Position numbers and translations under genes: made by a program. Positions 38,374 to 47,418 of a DNA stretch of 64,000 bases are shown here, piece by piece. Origin of the DNA: an uncultured virus (IMG/VR IMGVR_UViG_3300025108_000034) (Duplodnaviria > Heunggongvirae > Uroviricota > Caudoviricetes). Where the stretch lies: IMG/VR virus record IMGVR_UViG_3300025108_000034, one strand, 5' to 3'. Each line of letters opens with the position of its first letter. Position 1 is the stretch's first letter. Below the pieces are notes generated by a model that searched no databases, had not been told where the DNA came from, and was given only the letters and a program-made list of their open reading frames with translations.

Positions 38374-39263
38374 GGTAAGTAGCGAAATTTGCGGGTTGTT
38401 TGATCGTTGTGGCCTGTCCAGTGATGAGGCTTCTGAGAACCTTCTCGATACCAAATGTATGCTGTTTTACTATCCACCTCTTCCTCTACTCTGTCAAGAG
38501 CTTCCCAATAGTCATCTGCAATCTTGAATACAATCTTATTGAGATCCTTGTATCCATCATACCACTTGAGCCAAAAGGACCTGTCAAAATAATCAAATAA
38601 CAGTTTTGCTTTATTTGGAGACTTGTAAAGTTTCTCAATACTCTTAAACTTTTTGTCATCTATATCTGCAGACCAACCGAATAGGCTTGTGGCTTTCAAG
38701 GTTTTGTCAGACCACCAGGGATCAACATTTGCAGCCCTAAGGACGTCAGTCACAAAAGCTGCATATTCGGGACGTTCTATACCTAGACGCTTGGCATGCG
38801 TTTCGATAGCAATAAATAAAGGGAGAGGAAACCCGCCATCAAGACGATGATAGGTTTCAGGCTTGTGGTGATTCCATACCTCTTTGATCTCGGCCATTAC
38901 GTCTTTCTGCTTGATCCCGCTAGGTTTTCTATTGGGTTGCTCTTGCACTTCGTTCGCAATATCAAGGTCTTGAGCCACTCGCTTTTCCCCTCCCTCAGGG
39001 ATGACGAGCCTGCACTTGTTTTGATCTCCAACCAGGCCCCCAGATGCCTTTAGTCGTCGAACACGAGTCATGAAGGTCTTGTAAGGAACTCCGTAGCTCT
39101 CAGAGATAGCAGACATTCCTCTGCTGTCATGGAATAATCCGTCTCTCGTGACACTAGCAATCATCAGCCAAGTCTCTTTGTCAGAGGGGCTTAAAGCGCT
39201 TTGCAACAGCTCGTTTGGGACAATCGTGAAGTCTTTCAGGGGTTGAGGCACTCTTAGCTGCAT
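38370..39263 (-). CDS. Putative replication initiator with N-terminal HTH
   Basis: 'FTIVPNELL...LSPSDK' initiator-like start; next to the iteron cluster and coupled to the helicase. Confidence 0.7.
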   Translation of the reverse strand: MQLRVPQPLKDFTIVPNELLQSALSPSDKETWLMIASVTRDGLFHDSRGMSAISESYGVPYKTFMTRVRRLKASGGLVGDQNKCRLVIPEGGEKRVAQDLDIANEVQEQPNRKPSGIKQKDVMAEIKEVWNHHKPETYHRLDGGFPLPLFIAIETHAKRLGIERPEYAAFVTDVLRAANVDPWWSDKTLKATSLFGWSADIDDKKFKSIEKLYKSPNKAKLLFDYFDRSFWLKWYDGYKDLNKIVFKIADDYWEALDRVEEEVDSKTAYIWYREGSQKPHHWTGHNDQTTRKFRYLP

Positions 39264-39298
39264 AGAGGTTGCTTGGGTGTAGGAAATATACCACAAGG

Positions 39299-39420
39299 TC
39301 TTCAAATTGAAGATGATTTCGATCTTCACCATGAAGACTGAACATCTTCACCATGAAGAACATGGGTCTTCAAATTGAAGACCCCTCTATATATAAAGAC
39401 TCTAATACAAATCAAATACA
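39299..39420. repeat. Iteron cluster (4x TCTTCA-N3-TGAAGA) plus AT-rich tract; putative replication origin
   Basis: Starts at 39299, 39323, 39345, 39367, followed by TATATATAAAGACTCTAATACAA; directly upstream of the initiator gene. Confidence 0.75.
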
Positions 39421-39728
39421 TGGGGACCTTGAAAAGACCAAAAAACTGGAGGGACGAGGTGGGCCCTGTCTACGCTCAGGAGGGCAAGGCCATAGGACGG
39501 CTCATCATGCATGATCGAGAGCAAGAGGCTTACCTGTGGTCTTTGTTGGGTGGAACAGGGTTGTGGCCTCGCTGGTACTTGTATGCATTTGCTACGCTGT
39601 ATCGCGAGGAAAACATTCGAGAGTACAACGCTCAAAAAGCAATCAAGCATTCCAGGCGCAAGCGCAAGAAGGAAAGTCGCCTAAAATGCGAAGAGAAACA
39701 GCAAGAGGCCTTTGAAAAAGCTTCTTAG
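39420..39728 (+). CDS. Hypothetical protein
   Basis: Probable start MGTLKRP. Confidence 0.45.
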   Translation: MGTLKRPKNWRDEVGPVYAQEGKAIGRLIMHDREQEAYLWSLLGGTGLWPRWYLYAFATLYREENIREYNAQKAIKHSRRKRKKESRLKCEEKQQEAFEKAS

Positions 39729-39769
39729 CCAAAGTGTGATAGGCTGAATGCCTGCCCCTTAGGACTTCC

Positions 39770-40477
39770 ATGAACACTGTCCCAAACCTCGCTGGCGTTG
39801 CGACTAGAGACTTAGTTGAAAAGATTGGCACTGGCAAATTTAGTGCTGCTTATATCAATTGGTCTCGAACCATGAACCTGCTTCGAACGCACGCACCTAA
39901 TTGGTTAGTTGATTATGTGCCGACGAAGGAGGGCAGCTTGATTCACGCAGCTCCTGTAGGCGCGTATCTTCTTATTCGTTTTCTGAATATGGAGACAGGC
40001 TTTTCTACGCCAGCTTTGCCTCAGGCGGTAATGGATCACAGAAACAAAAGCATTCCTTTTGATCAAATCACTTCTCGCGATATCACAGACACTCAACGGC
40101 GTGGTATGTGCATGGCGGCTGCGATGCATTTTGGGTTAGCTTATGAGCTGTGGGCGAAAATGCCGTTAGAGTCCGGCTACTCTGCCCCTGACTCTGCCCC
40201 AAAGTCCGAAAGCACCTCTACTCCAGTACAGGTCCGCTCTGCGGCGGATGTCAAGGCGTCTGAGGGAGAGAGTGTTGAGGACACGGCTGAGGCATCGGAA
40301 GCGACCTTTCGCGAATCGGCCCTTGAGAAGGGAGTCGAAACTTTCGCTATTGATGCCCTCGTCAAGATCGTTACAGACAAGCTGGAAGGAGACTGGGACA
40401 AAGGCCTTAAGACCCTCCAGATCAAGTCAGCAGCGGAACTTAACGAAAAATACGCACCAGACAAAGATGGTTGGTGA
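39770..40477 (+). CDS. Single-strand annealing protein (Sak3/Rad52-like)
   Basis: 'YINWS...AVMDHRNKSI...RDITDTQRRG...FGLAYELW'. Confidence 0.7.
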   Translation: MNTVPNLAGVATRDLVEKIGTGKFSAAYINWSRTMNLLRTHAPNWLVDYVPTKEGSLIHAAPVGAYLLIRFLNMETGFSTPALPQAVMDHRNKSIPFDQITSRDITDTQRRGMCMAAAMHFGLAYELWAKMPLESGYSAPDSAPKSESTSTPVQVRSAADVKASEGESVEDTAEASEATFRESALEKGVETFAIDALVKIVTDKLEGDWDKGLKTLQIKSAAELNEKYAPDKDGW

Positions 40478-40579
40478 TTGTATTGAAGGGTTTGTTGATT
40501 TCTTCAAGGGCGTAGAAGTTGTTTTGTAAAGGGGCCTTGGCTCCTTTTTTTTTGCATGCTATAGTAGCCGTATCTCAAC

Positions 40580-41371
40580 TTGGTCTCAACTTTGACAGAT
40601 TCAGTTACGACGTGGCTTGACGCTGCAGGAAAAAGAGCAATTAGCACAGAACTAACCAGTGAGCTTCTGATGTCCCTGTCTAAGACAGAAGTTGATTCCA
40701 AAAGATACGTTAAAATTTTAAATCGAATTTGCGAAGGAAATCTTTTGTTAGCTTACAAAGCCACCAAGTCATATTCTGACAAGCGACAGCTGCGCTGGGG
40801 AACAGAGCTTAGTGAAGATCTTTTGCAGGTTGGGTATTTTGGTCTTCGTGTTGCAACAAAGTATTACGACTTTAAGCGTGGGTGCAGGTTTTCAACTTGC
40901 GCAGTCCCTTGGATTCGTCAAAGATTAGGGCGTCATTTAATGCAAAAAGAAGCATTTATCTATGTTCCAGAGAATCTTGTGATGGAAGTCTACTATCGGC
41001 GAAACAATGATGGCAAGCCTAGCGGAAGGAAAGGCGTATCAAAGTCTGCCGCCATCTACAACGCTGCGGAAGCAGCCATGTCGTCTTATGCGTCGCTAGA
41101 CGTTAAGTATGGAGAGAAAGGGTGTACGTCCCTGTCTGATCTCATAGAAACTCCTGATAGCTCTAATAGACAAGAAAGAATGGATGAAAAACTTTTAAAA
41201 GCTAAGGAGATAATGACAAAAGCTGGTCTCGAACCAAAGGTTCAAGATTTTTTGATTGAGTATGCGAACAGAGGGAATCTTGAAGTTTCAGCAGCTAAAA
41301 CTGGAGTCTCAACAAGCAGAGCGAGTAAAATTTATCGTCAGGCCCTTGATCGCTGCCACAGCGTGATATAA
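40580..41371 (+). CDS. Sigma-70 family sigma factor (RpoD/RpoS-like region 2)
   Basis: 'NLLLA...EDLLQVGYFGL....YDFKRGCRFSTCAVPWIRQ...IYVP'. Confidence 0.85.
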   Translation: MVSTLTDSVTTWLDAAGKRAISTELTSELLMSLSKTEVDSKRYVKILNRICEGNLLLAYKATKSYSDKRQLRWGTELSEDLLQVGYFGLRVATKYYDFKRGCRFSTCAVPWIRQRLGRHLMQKEAFIYVPENLVMEVYYRRNNDGKPSGRKGVSKSAAIYNAAEAAMSSYASLDVKYGEKGCTSLSDLIETPDSSNRQERMDEKLLKAKEIMTKAGLEPKVQDFLIEYANRGNLEVSAAKTGVSTSRASKIYRQALDRCHSVI

Positions 41372-41401
41372 TGGACAGGTATTGAATAAAAAGTCTTAAG
41401 C

Positions 41402-41749
41402 ATGGCGCAAGTAAATCTTTCAGGGACAGTCTGCGGTAAGGAAGGAGAGCCTCCAGTCACAGTAAAGACGCTTGGAGAGTCGTATACCATCGCAGAGTTT
41501 TCAATTCGAGACAGTGAGTATTTTTACTACAAAGGAGAGGACAGGCCAGGTCAATTTTACAATGTTCAGGTTGGAGGTAAAGCGGCTCAGCTTGTAGCTG
41601 ATCGCCTTAGTCGCGGCGATTTTATTAGCGTGACAGGCCAACTAGTTCAACGACTGTACGAGGGCAAAACTTATCTTGACGTAAAAGACGCAAGAGTGAA
41701 CCAAGCTTACAAAGCTCCTGACGATCAACCTAAAAACGATCCTTTTTGA
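41402..41749 (+). CDS. ssb: Single-stranded DNA-binding protein
   Basis: OB-fold pattern 'LSRGDFISVTGQL' and acidic C-terminus 'NDPF'. Confidence 0.85.
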   Translation: MAQVNLSGTVCGKEGEPPVTVKTLGESYTIAEFSIRDSEYFYYKGEDRPGQFYNVQVGGKAAQLVADRLSRGDFISVTGQLVQRLYEGKTYLDVKDARVNQAYKAPDDQPKNDPF

Positions 41750-41780
41750 TATACTTTAAGAGCCGCATGGCTCTTTTTTT

Positions 41781-42218
41781 ATGACACCGCCTGGCCTTCA
41801 GGTCGAAGATTCGGAAATTTGCCCAGGATCGACAGGGCTGCTTATTGATGAGTCACCAAAACTTACGACAGCTTCAATACGTCCTTTCGTTTGGGCGGCA
41901 CTATTATTTCGAACAGGAGTAAAGCCCTCTGAGATAGTGGGGATGGTTGCTTGTGTTTGCAATCACGAAGACTTAAAAGTAGCCAATTGGGAAGACGCCG
42001 AAGAAGGAGAATCTCGATCCTGGGCTGAACTTTGCGCTGAAGAAGTATTGGGAGACATGCTCGCTTCTGGCCTCTGCCGCTACAACGCAGAGAAAGATCT
42101 TTGGGTCCTTTCCGTAGGAGAAAATCGGCGCAACGTCCCCGAGGTTATCGCAGCTGTTTCAAGCCTGAATGCTGAGCTCCCCAAGCACTTCTTGCTAGAT
42201 ATGAGTAAAGAACAATGA
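41781..42218 (+). CDS. Hypothetical protein
   Basis: 145 aa; TGATATACT upstream. Confidence 0.55.
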   Translation: MTPPGLQVEDSEICPGSTGLLIDESPKLTTASIRPFVWAALLFRTGVKPSEIVGMVACVCNHEDLKVANWEDAEEGESRSWAELCAEEVLGDMLASGLCRYNAEKDLWVLSVGENRRNVPEVIAAVSSLNAELPKHFLLDMSKEQ

Positions 42219-42469
42219 GAATACTGCGCGATGGAACATTTAAAATGAAACCTTCTGCCATCAAGGCAGCTGAATGGATGGCTCAAGAGCCGTTGCCAAT
42301 GCGCTCAATGAGAAAGAACACGAGTGTTAAGGTATTTATGGGCGCTGGATGGGAGAAAGGACGCGTGGTAAGCTGGGCGAAGGAGGGGATAACCGTACAC
42401 CTTCCTCGAAAAAAGAAAAATGTCTGTGTACGAGACAATCGAAACATTAAGGAGGATTCTTCTAAATGA
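42215..42469 (+). CDS. Hypothetical protein
   Basis: ATGA overlaps with both neighbours. Confidence 0.55.
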   Translation: MRILRDGTFKMKPSAIKAAEWMAQEPLPMRSMRKNTSVKVFMGAGWEKGRVVSWAKEGITVHLPRKKKNVCVRDNRNIKEDSSK

Positions 42470-43080
42470 CTTATGACTCAATCAACCCCTCCCATTACAG
42501 GGGTAACAGGAAGTATGAGCCAATTGATGTAATCGAAGACTGGGAACTGAATTACCATCTTGGGAATGCCCTTAAATACATCTCTCGCAGTGGCCGCAAA
42601 CCAGGGGAAGACCCGCAGGAAGGGCTTTCAAAAGCTATCTGGTATCTTGAGCGTTTAAAGGATAAGCTTAGTGAAGAGTCAAAAAGGGGCTCCAGCCACC
42701 CCACGATTAGTTACGAAGAGTTTTTAGTAGATGCAGCGGCTTCTTCAGCAGAAGGCGAGGACTTCGTTGACGAATATGGTAACGAAGAAGCTGCTCAAAG
42801 TGATTTTGTTAAACTTTGGGGAACTGGTGACAACTCGTCTTGGGATCCTCAGAAAGATCCTATGTGGGAGTGGACCTCAGACGATGACATTTTATGGGAT
42901 CCTACGACAGGCCCTGTTGAAGTTTCTCAAGAAGAAATCCAAGAGATCTTATCGTCCAAAAATCTTAAAACTTATGATAAGGATGAAATTGTTAGCATCG
43001 TTGAGCGTCGAGGGCTTCTTATGGGCTTTAAGAAGGATGGAAGCTCATGTTTACTCAATAGCCAGGGGCGCTGTGACTGA
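42466..43080 (+). CDS. DUF3310-type protein with acidic extension
   Basis: 'INPSHY...EPIDVIE...LGNALKYISR.G.K...LSKAIWYL'. Confidence 0.8.
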   Translation: MTYDSINPSHYRGNRKYEPIDVIEDWELNYHLGNALKYISRSGRKPGEDPQEGLSKAIWYLERLKDKLSEESKRGSSHPTISYEEFLVDAAASSAEGEDFVDEYGNEEAAQSDFVKLWGTGDNSSWDPQKDPMWEWTSDDDILWDPTTGPVEVSQEEIQEILSSKNLKTYDKDEIVSIVERRGLLMGFKKDGSSCLLNSQGRCD

Positions 43081-43083
43081 TAA

Positions 43084-43242
43084 GTGAGCCTTTCGGTTCG
43101 CTGCATAGGTACTCCGGTCGAATACTGTACGGTTGAGCTTTACAGAATCGTCGTACCGGAGCCATCGACTCAAGGGATGTTGCTGGTAACCTTTGCTGTT
43201 ACCGTAGTCGTTGGGATTATTATCTGTGCAACTAGTAATTGA
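43084..43242 (+). CDS. 52-aa membrane protein with VPEPST (PEP-CTERM-like) motif
   Basis: Translated by hand from GTG: ...RIVVPEPSTQGMLLVTFAVTVVVGIIICATSN. Confidence 0.45.
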   Translation: MSLSVRCIGTPVEYCTVELYRIVVPEPSTQGMLLVTFAVTVVVGIIICATSN

Positions 43243-43582
43243 ATTAACAATCTATCAGCCAATATTCAGCAAAGCCAGGCCAAGAGTGACACGCAATGGC
43301 ACTTTTATGCCAAAGGCATATCAAGACAAACGAAAGCAAATGCTGTCATGTATTAAAGAGCAATACAAAGGAGCTCCTCTAGAAGGCCCTCTTCGTGTTG
43401 AAGTCGACGTATCCGGCGAGGGCCGTGCCGATGCGGATAATATCGCTGGAGCCCTTATGGACTGCGCCAACGGGGTCTTGTGGGTTGACGATAGGGTGAA
43501 CATTATCCCAGAGCTTCAGGTGCGTTGGCAGAAGAGTCAGAAGAAGGACTCGACTTGGCTAGTGAGGATATACGAGATATAA
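43226..43582 (+). CDS. rusA: RusA-like Holliday junction resolvase
   Basis: 'SKARPRV...PLEGPLRV...DADN...MD..NG.LWVDD'; the canonical Lys after DN appears substituted. Confidence 0.75.
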   Translation: MQLVIELTIYQPIFSKARPRVTRNGTFMPKAYQDKRKQMLSCIKEQYKGAPLEGPLRVEVDVSGEGRADADNIAGALMDCANGVLWVDDRVNIIPELQVRWQKSQKKDSTWLVRIYEI

Positions 43583-43604
43583 TAAAGTAGATAGAGGAGT
43601 CATT

Positions 43605-44444
43605 TTGGCAGAAGTCTGTTACAACCAAAGTGACTGGGACTACCGCAGAGAAGAGGGCGTTAATCAATCATCTCTCAAGAAAATTCTTGACAGTCCCGCT
43701 CATTATCAATCTGCTATCAAAAACAAGCTGATCCCTACTCCTGCGATGGAGATGGGAACGGCTCTTCATTGTCTATCTCTTGACGGAGAAGACGCTTTCA
43801 ACGCTCAATACATAAAGAAGCCTGCTGGAATAAAGCTAAATACCAAAGAAGGCAGGGAATGGAAGGAAGGAGTGGGCCGCAAGAGAATCCTTGCAGTAGG
43901 GGGTAAAGATGATCCGTGGGGGAGCGTCCAAGGGATGGCTAGTTCTCTTTCACGTCTTGAGTACTATAACAACACTGGCCCGGAATACATCAAGCGGAAT
44001 GAAGTGTCAATTTACTGGGAATGGGAAGGTGTCAAATGTAAAGCTCGCCTAGACAGCGTACTGGTAGACGAGGGTATCGTTCTCGACCTAAAAACTACCG
44101 ATAGCGTAGACGTCGACCTGTTTACCAAAAAAGTATTAGGGCTTGGGTACGATTTTCAGGCTGCTTACTATGCCAAAGCAGCTCAAACAGCCTACGGGAA
44201 GTCGTTCAAGTTTATCTTTGCTTGTGTAGAGAGAAGAGATCCCTTTTCTGTCGATCTGTTCGAAGTGGACGAGGAAATGATGACAGAAGCTACTGCTAAA
44301 TGCATAGCTGCGTTGCGCCTTTACAAGACCTGCTCAATGATGGGAGATTGGCCCAATAGAGAGCCCAGACTGTACAGTCTTTCCTATCCTTCCTGGTATA
44401 AGCCTTACAGCTTACAGGAAGAACCTGTAGAAGACGTGTTTTAG
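43605..44444 (+). CDS. RecE / exonuclease VIII-like PD-(D/E)XK nuclease
   Basis: 'NQSSLK...SPAHY...GTALH...CKARLD...DLKTT...YDFQAAYY'. Confidence 0.85.
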   Translation: MAEVCYNQSDWDYRREEGVNQSSLKKILDSPAHYQSAIKNKLIPTPAMEMGTALHCLSLDGEDAFNAQYIKKPAGIKLNTKEGREWKEGVGRKRILAVGGKDDPWGSVQGMASSLSRLEYYNNTGPEYIKRNEVSIYWEWEGVKCKARLDSVLVDEGIVLDLKTTDSVDVDLFTKKVLGLGYDFQAAYYAKAAQTAYGKSFKFIFACVERRDPFSVDLFEVDEEMMTEATAKCIAALRLYKTCSMMGDWPNREPRLYSLSYPSWYKPYSLQEEPVEDVF

Positions 44445-44487
44445 TTAAGATGCTAGTGCTAAAATCAAAATCATCATTCCTGGATTC

Positions 44488-45210
44488 ATGAACGCAGAGA
44501 CCCATTCCGTCAAGCTAATCAGCGTGTCACGCCTTGCCGATCACGATTTAATTGACCTTTTCGAGAACGCTCGATGTCATTGCAAAGAAGATGTTGAAGA
44601 GCTTGCTGAGTCCGAGTTCATCACAACCTATTGTGCTCGTGTTTCTAATCCTAAAAATCAAGAAAACACGAAAACGGCTCCTCGACTTTTGCGTTATCTC
44701 ATGAAGCACAAGCATTGGTCCCCTTTCGAGATGGCCAATATGGTTGTAGAGATTGATACAACCAGAGCAATTGCAGCTCAAATCTTGCGTCACAGAAGCT
44801 TTTCGTTTCAGGAATTTAGTCAGCGTTACAGCGATATCTCTGACTTGCCGTCTATAGGACTTCCTTTTCTCCGTACTCAAGACGCAAAGAACAAACAAGC
44901 AAGTCACGATGACTTGTCCTTAGAACTGAAAGCTCGCTATGAAGGATATATTCAAGAGCTTTATGCTGGAGCCATGGACCTTTATCACAACATGCTTAGC
45001 AATGGTGTCGCAAAAGAATGCGCGAGGTCAATCCTACCTCTTGGCACGCCTACTAGATTGCTAATGAATGGAACACTCCGCAGCTGGCTGCATTATATGC
45101 AAATCAGAGGAGGAGAAGAAACGCAATTAGAACATCGCATGATAGCACTAGCTGTTAAGGATATATTTAAGGAGGAATTTCCAACTATCTACGAAGCCGC
45201 TTTTTTGTGA
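44488..45210 (+). CDS. thyX: Flavin-dependent thymidylate synthase
   Basis: 'HWSPFE...QILRHRSFSFQEFSQRY...KECAR..LP...TQLEHR'. Confidence 0.97.
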   Translation: MNAETHSVKLISVSRLADHDLIDLFENARCHCKEDVEELAESEFITTYCARVSNPKNQENTKTAPRLLRYLMKHKHWSPFEMANMVVEIDTTRAIAAQILRHRSFSFQEFSQRYSDISDLPSIGLPFLRTQDAKNKQASHDDLSLELKARYEGYIQELYAGAMDLYHNMLSNGVAKECARSILPLGTPTRLLMNGTLRSWLHYMQIRGGEETQLEHRMIALAVKDIFKEEFPTIYEAAFL

Positions 45211-45233
45211 ATTGTTATGGTATACTGACATCG

Positions 45234-45274
45234 GGTTGAATAGGACAAAGCGGGTGCAAATCCCGCTACAGCCA
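45234..45274 (+). ncRNA. Minimal tRNA-like element (acceptor stem plus T-arm only) in the psbA leader
   Basis: GGTTGAA/TACAGCC stem, GCGGG-TGCAAAT-CCCGC T-arm, discriminator A; begins about 8 nt after TGGTATACT. Confidence 0.5.
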
Positions 45275-45338
45275 TTAGACAGCCAAGTCTTTAAACCGGC
45301 CTTACTTATCGCTTCAAAAAACATGCATTCTTACTCTC

Positions 45339-46418
45339 ATGATCGCTTCATCTCAATTACAACAGCAGAAAACAGGCTGGCAACAGTTCTGTGAGTGGGT
45401 CACCTCCACCAACAACCGTCTTTATGTTGGCTGGTTCGGTGTGTTGATGATCCCCACACTGCTTGCCGCAACCACCTGTTTCATCGTCGCTTTCATCGCC
45501 GCACCTCCGGTTGACATCGACGGCATCCGCGAACCTGTTGCAGGAGCTTTGCTCTATGGAAACAACATCATCTCAGGTGCGGTCGTACCTAGCAGTAATG
45601 CAATCGGTCTCCATTTCTACCCAATCTGGGAAGCTGCCTCACTCGACGAGTGGCTCTACAACGGCGGTCCTTTTCAGTTGGTTGTGTTTCACTTCCTGAT
45701 CGGCATCTACGCCTATATGGGACGTGAGTGGGAACTTTCCTACCGCTTGGGCATGCGCCCCTGGATCTGTGTTGCATACAGCGCCCCTGTTGCTGCAGCT
45801 TCTGCAGTGTTTCTCGTCTATCCTTTCGGTCAGGGTTCATTCTCTGACGCAATGCCCCTCGGAATCAGTGGAACCTTCAACTACATGCTTGTCTTTCAGG
45901 CAGAACATAATATCCTTATGCACCCGTTTCATATGCTGGGTGTCGCCGGTATCTTTGGTGGTAGTCTTTTTTCTGCTATGCACGGAAGTTTGGTTACAAG
46001 TTCACTCGTTCGCGAGACAACCGAAACAGTATCTCAAAATTATGGCTACAAGTTTGGGCAAGAAGAAGAAACGTATAACATTGTGGCTGCTCATGGCTAC
46101 TTTGGTCGCCTTATCTTTCAGTACGCTTCCTTTAATAACAGCCGTAGCCTGCACTTCTTTCTCGCTGCCTGGCCTGTGGTTGGTATCTGGTTTGCTGCTT
46201 TAGGAGTAAGCACAATGGCGTTTAACCTTAATGGATTTAACTTCAATCAATCAATCGTCGAATCACAAGGACATGTTGTTAGCACCTGGGCAGACATTCT
46301 TAACCGAGCAGGACTCGGAATGGAAGTCATGCACGAAAGAAACGCGCACAACTTCCCGCTGGATCTTGCAGCAGCTAGCACCACATCTGTGGCCTTAACT
46401 GCGCCTTTGATCGGATGA
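45339..46418 (+). CDS. psbA: Photosystem II D1 protein
   Basis: Full-length 359 aa with '[15 protein letters not shown]...[13 protein letters not shown]'. Confidence 0.99.
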   Translation: MIASSQLQQQKTGWQQFCEWVTSTNNRLYVGWFGVLMIPTLLAATTCFIVAFIAAPPVDIDGIREPVAGALLYGNNIISGAVVPSSNAIGLHFYPIWEAASLDEWLYNGGPFQLVVFHFLIGIYAYMGREWELSYRLGMRPWICVAYSAPVAAASAVFLVYPFGQGSFSDAMPLGISGTFNYMLVFQAEHNILMHPFHMLGVAGIFGGSLFSAMHGSLVTSSLVRETTETVSQNYGYKFGQEEETYNIVAAHGYFGRLIFQYASFNNSRSLHFFLAAWPVVGIWFAALGVSTMAFNLNGFNFNQSIVESQGHVVSTWADILNRAGLGMEVMHERNAHNFPLDLAAASTTSVALTAPLIG

Positions 46419-46633
46419 CTATTATCAAAGAAGATGGTGGAAGGTTAAACACTTACGCTGTCGAACCTATCATGTATTATGACCAAGCAACTAAGGACGA
46501 ACTTATGAGCAACAACTATGAAAGCCACAACACCAAAGCAGAACGCCTTAATGGTCGACTAGCTATGCTGGGATTTATCGCAGCCATTGGAGCTTATGCC
46601 CTCACTGGCCAAATTATTCCAGGAGTTTTCTAA
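46415..46633 (+). CDS. hli: High-light inducible protein
   Basis: '[31 protein letters not shown]'. Confidence 0.95.
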   Translation: MTIIKEDGGRLNTYAVEPIMYYDQATKDELMSNNYESHNTKAERLNGRLAMLGFIAAIGAYALTGQIIPGVF

Positions 46634-46800
46634 GGTGCGTAGCCAATAACTCTGAATTCCCTACAAGAACTTTGGAGTTATTAACTACCGATTTACTCAT
46701 CAGACGCCTCCTGATTGCTTCCCAGTCAGGAGGTATAAACAAGTTAAGTTACATTAGGTTTCTCATGGCTCGGCATACTACAGCGACGAGATGTCAGGCT

Positions 46801-47415
46801 ATGACTCAAGAGTGGCGTGAAGCCAAAGCAAAAGTCAATCCTGGTCCCATCTGGAATTATCAGAGGGGTTACAGGGTCCGCGAAGCCGGAAGGCACGAGG
46901 ACGAAAAAGCGTATCGAGCTTTTCAGTTTTACTTGAATTCTGGCAGTAGTAGAGCGCTGTCTCACACTGCTGAGGCGTGTGGCAATAGTGCTACGACTGT
47001 GGCTAAATGGTACGACACCTATGGCTGGGCTAAGCGTTGCGCGGCCTACGACAAACAGCAAATGGCGATTACTTTTAAGGAGGCAAATGCTGTCGAACGT
47101 AAACGTCATCGTCGAAATATTCAAGAGTTTCGGCAGGCCAACGAAGATCAAGCTCGAATGATGATGGATGTCAGCTCTGACTTGATGGACGTCGTTCAGA
47201 AGCGAATAGAGAAGGCAAGAGAAGAGGATGAGAATATTCCCATGGGCTTGCTCTCTGGTCTTATGAGAGCGGCGGCAAACCTCTCTGACGCTGGTAGGCA
47301 GTCTTGGGCCACGTCTCTCGGCGTATCCGAATTAATGCAGGTGGTAGATCAGGAGCTAGAAGAAGCGGCTCAGATAGAAGACGTTGATGTTTACGAAATT
47401 CCCATCGACGAATAA
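46801..47415 (+). CDS. Terminase small subunit
   Basis: 'KAYRAFQFYL..G..R.L...W...YGW..R..AYD' HTH type, directly before terL; late motif at 46772 supports the ATG at 46801. Confidence 0.75.
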   Translation: MTQEWREAKAKVNPGPIWNYQRGYRVREAGRHEDEKAYRAFQFYLNSGSSRALSHTAEACGNSATTVAKWYDTYGWAKRCAAYDKQQMAITFKEANAVERKRHRRNIQEFRQANEDQARMMMDVSSDLMDVVQKRIEKAREEDENIPMGLLSGLMRAAANLSDAGRQSWATSLGVSELMQVVDQELEEAAQIEDVDVYEIPIDE

Positions 47416-47418
47416 TTT

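Noticed and set aside
45234..45274. Full tRNA or tmRNA gene
   Set aside because: No D or anticodon arm and no tag reading frame; kept only as a tRNA-like element.
46672..46800. N-terminal extension of terS from the ORF track
   Set aside because: It spans a hairpin and the late motif at 46772; ATG 46801 fits the fixed motif spacing.
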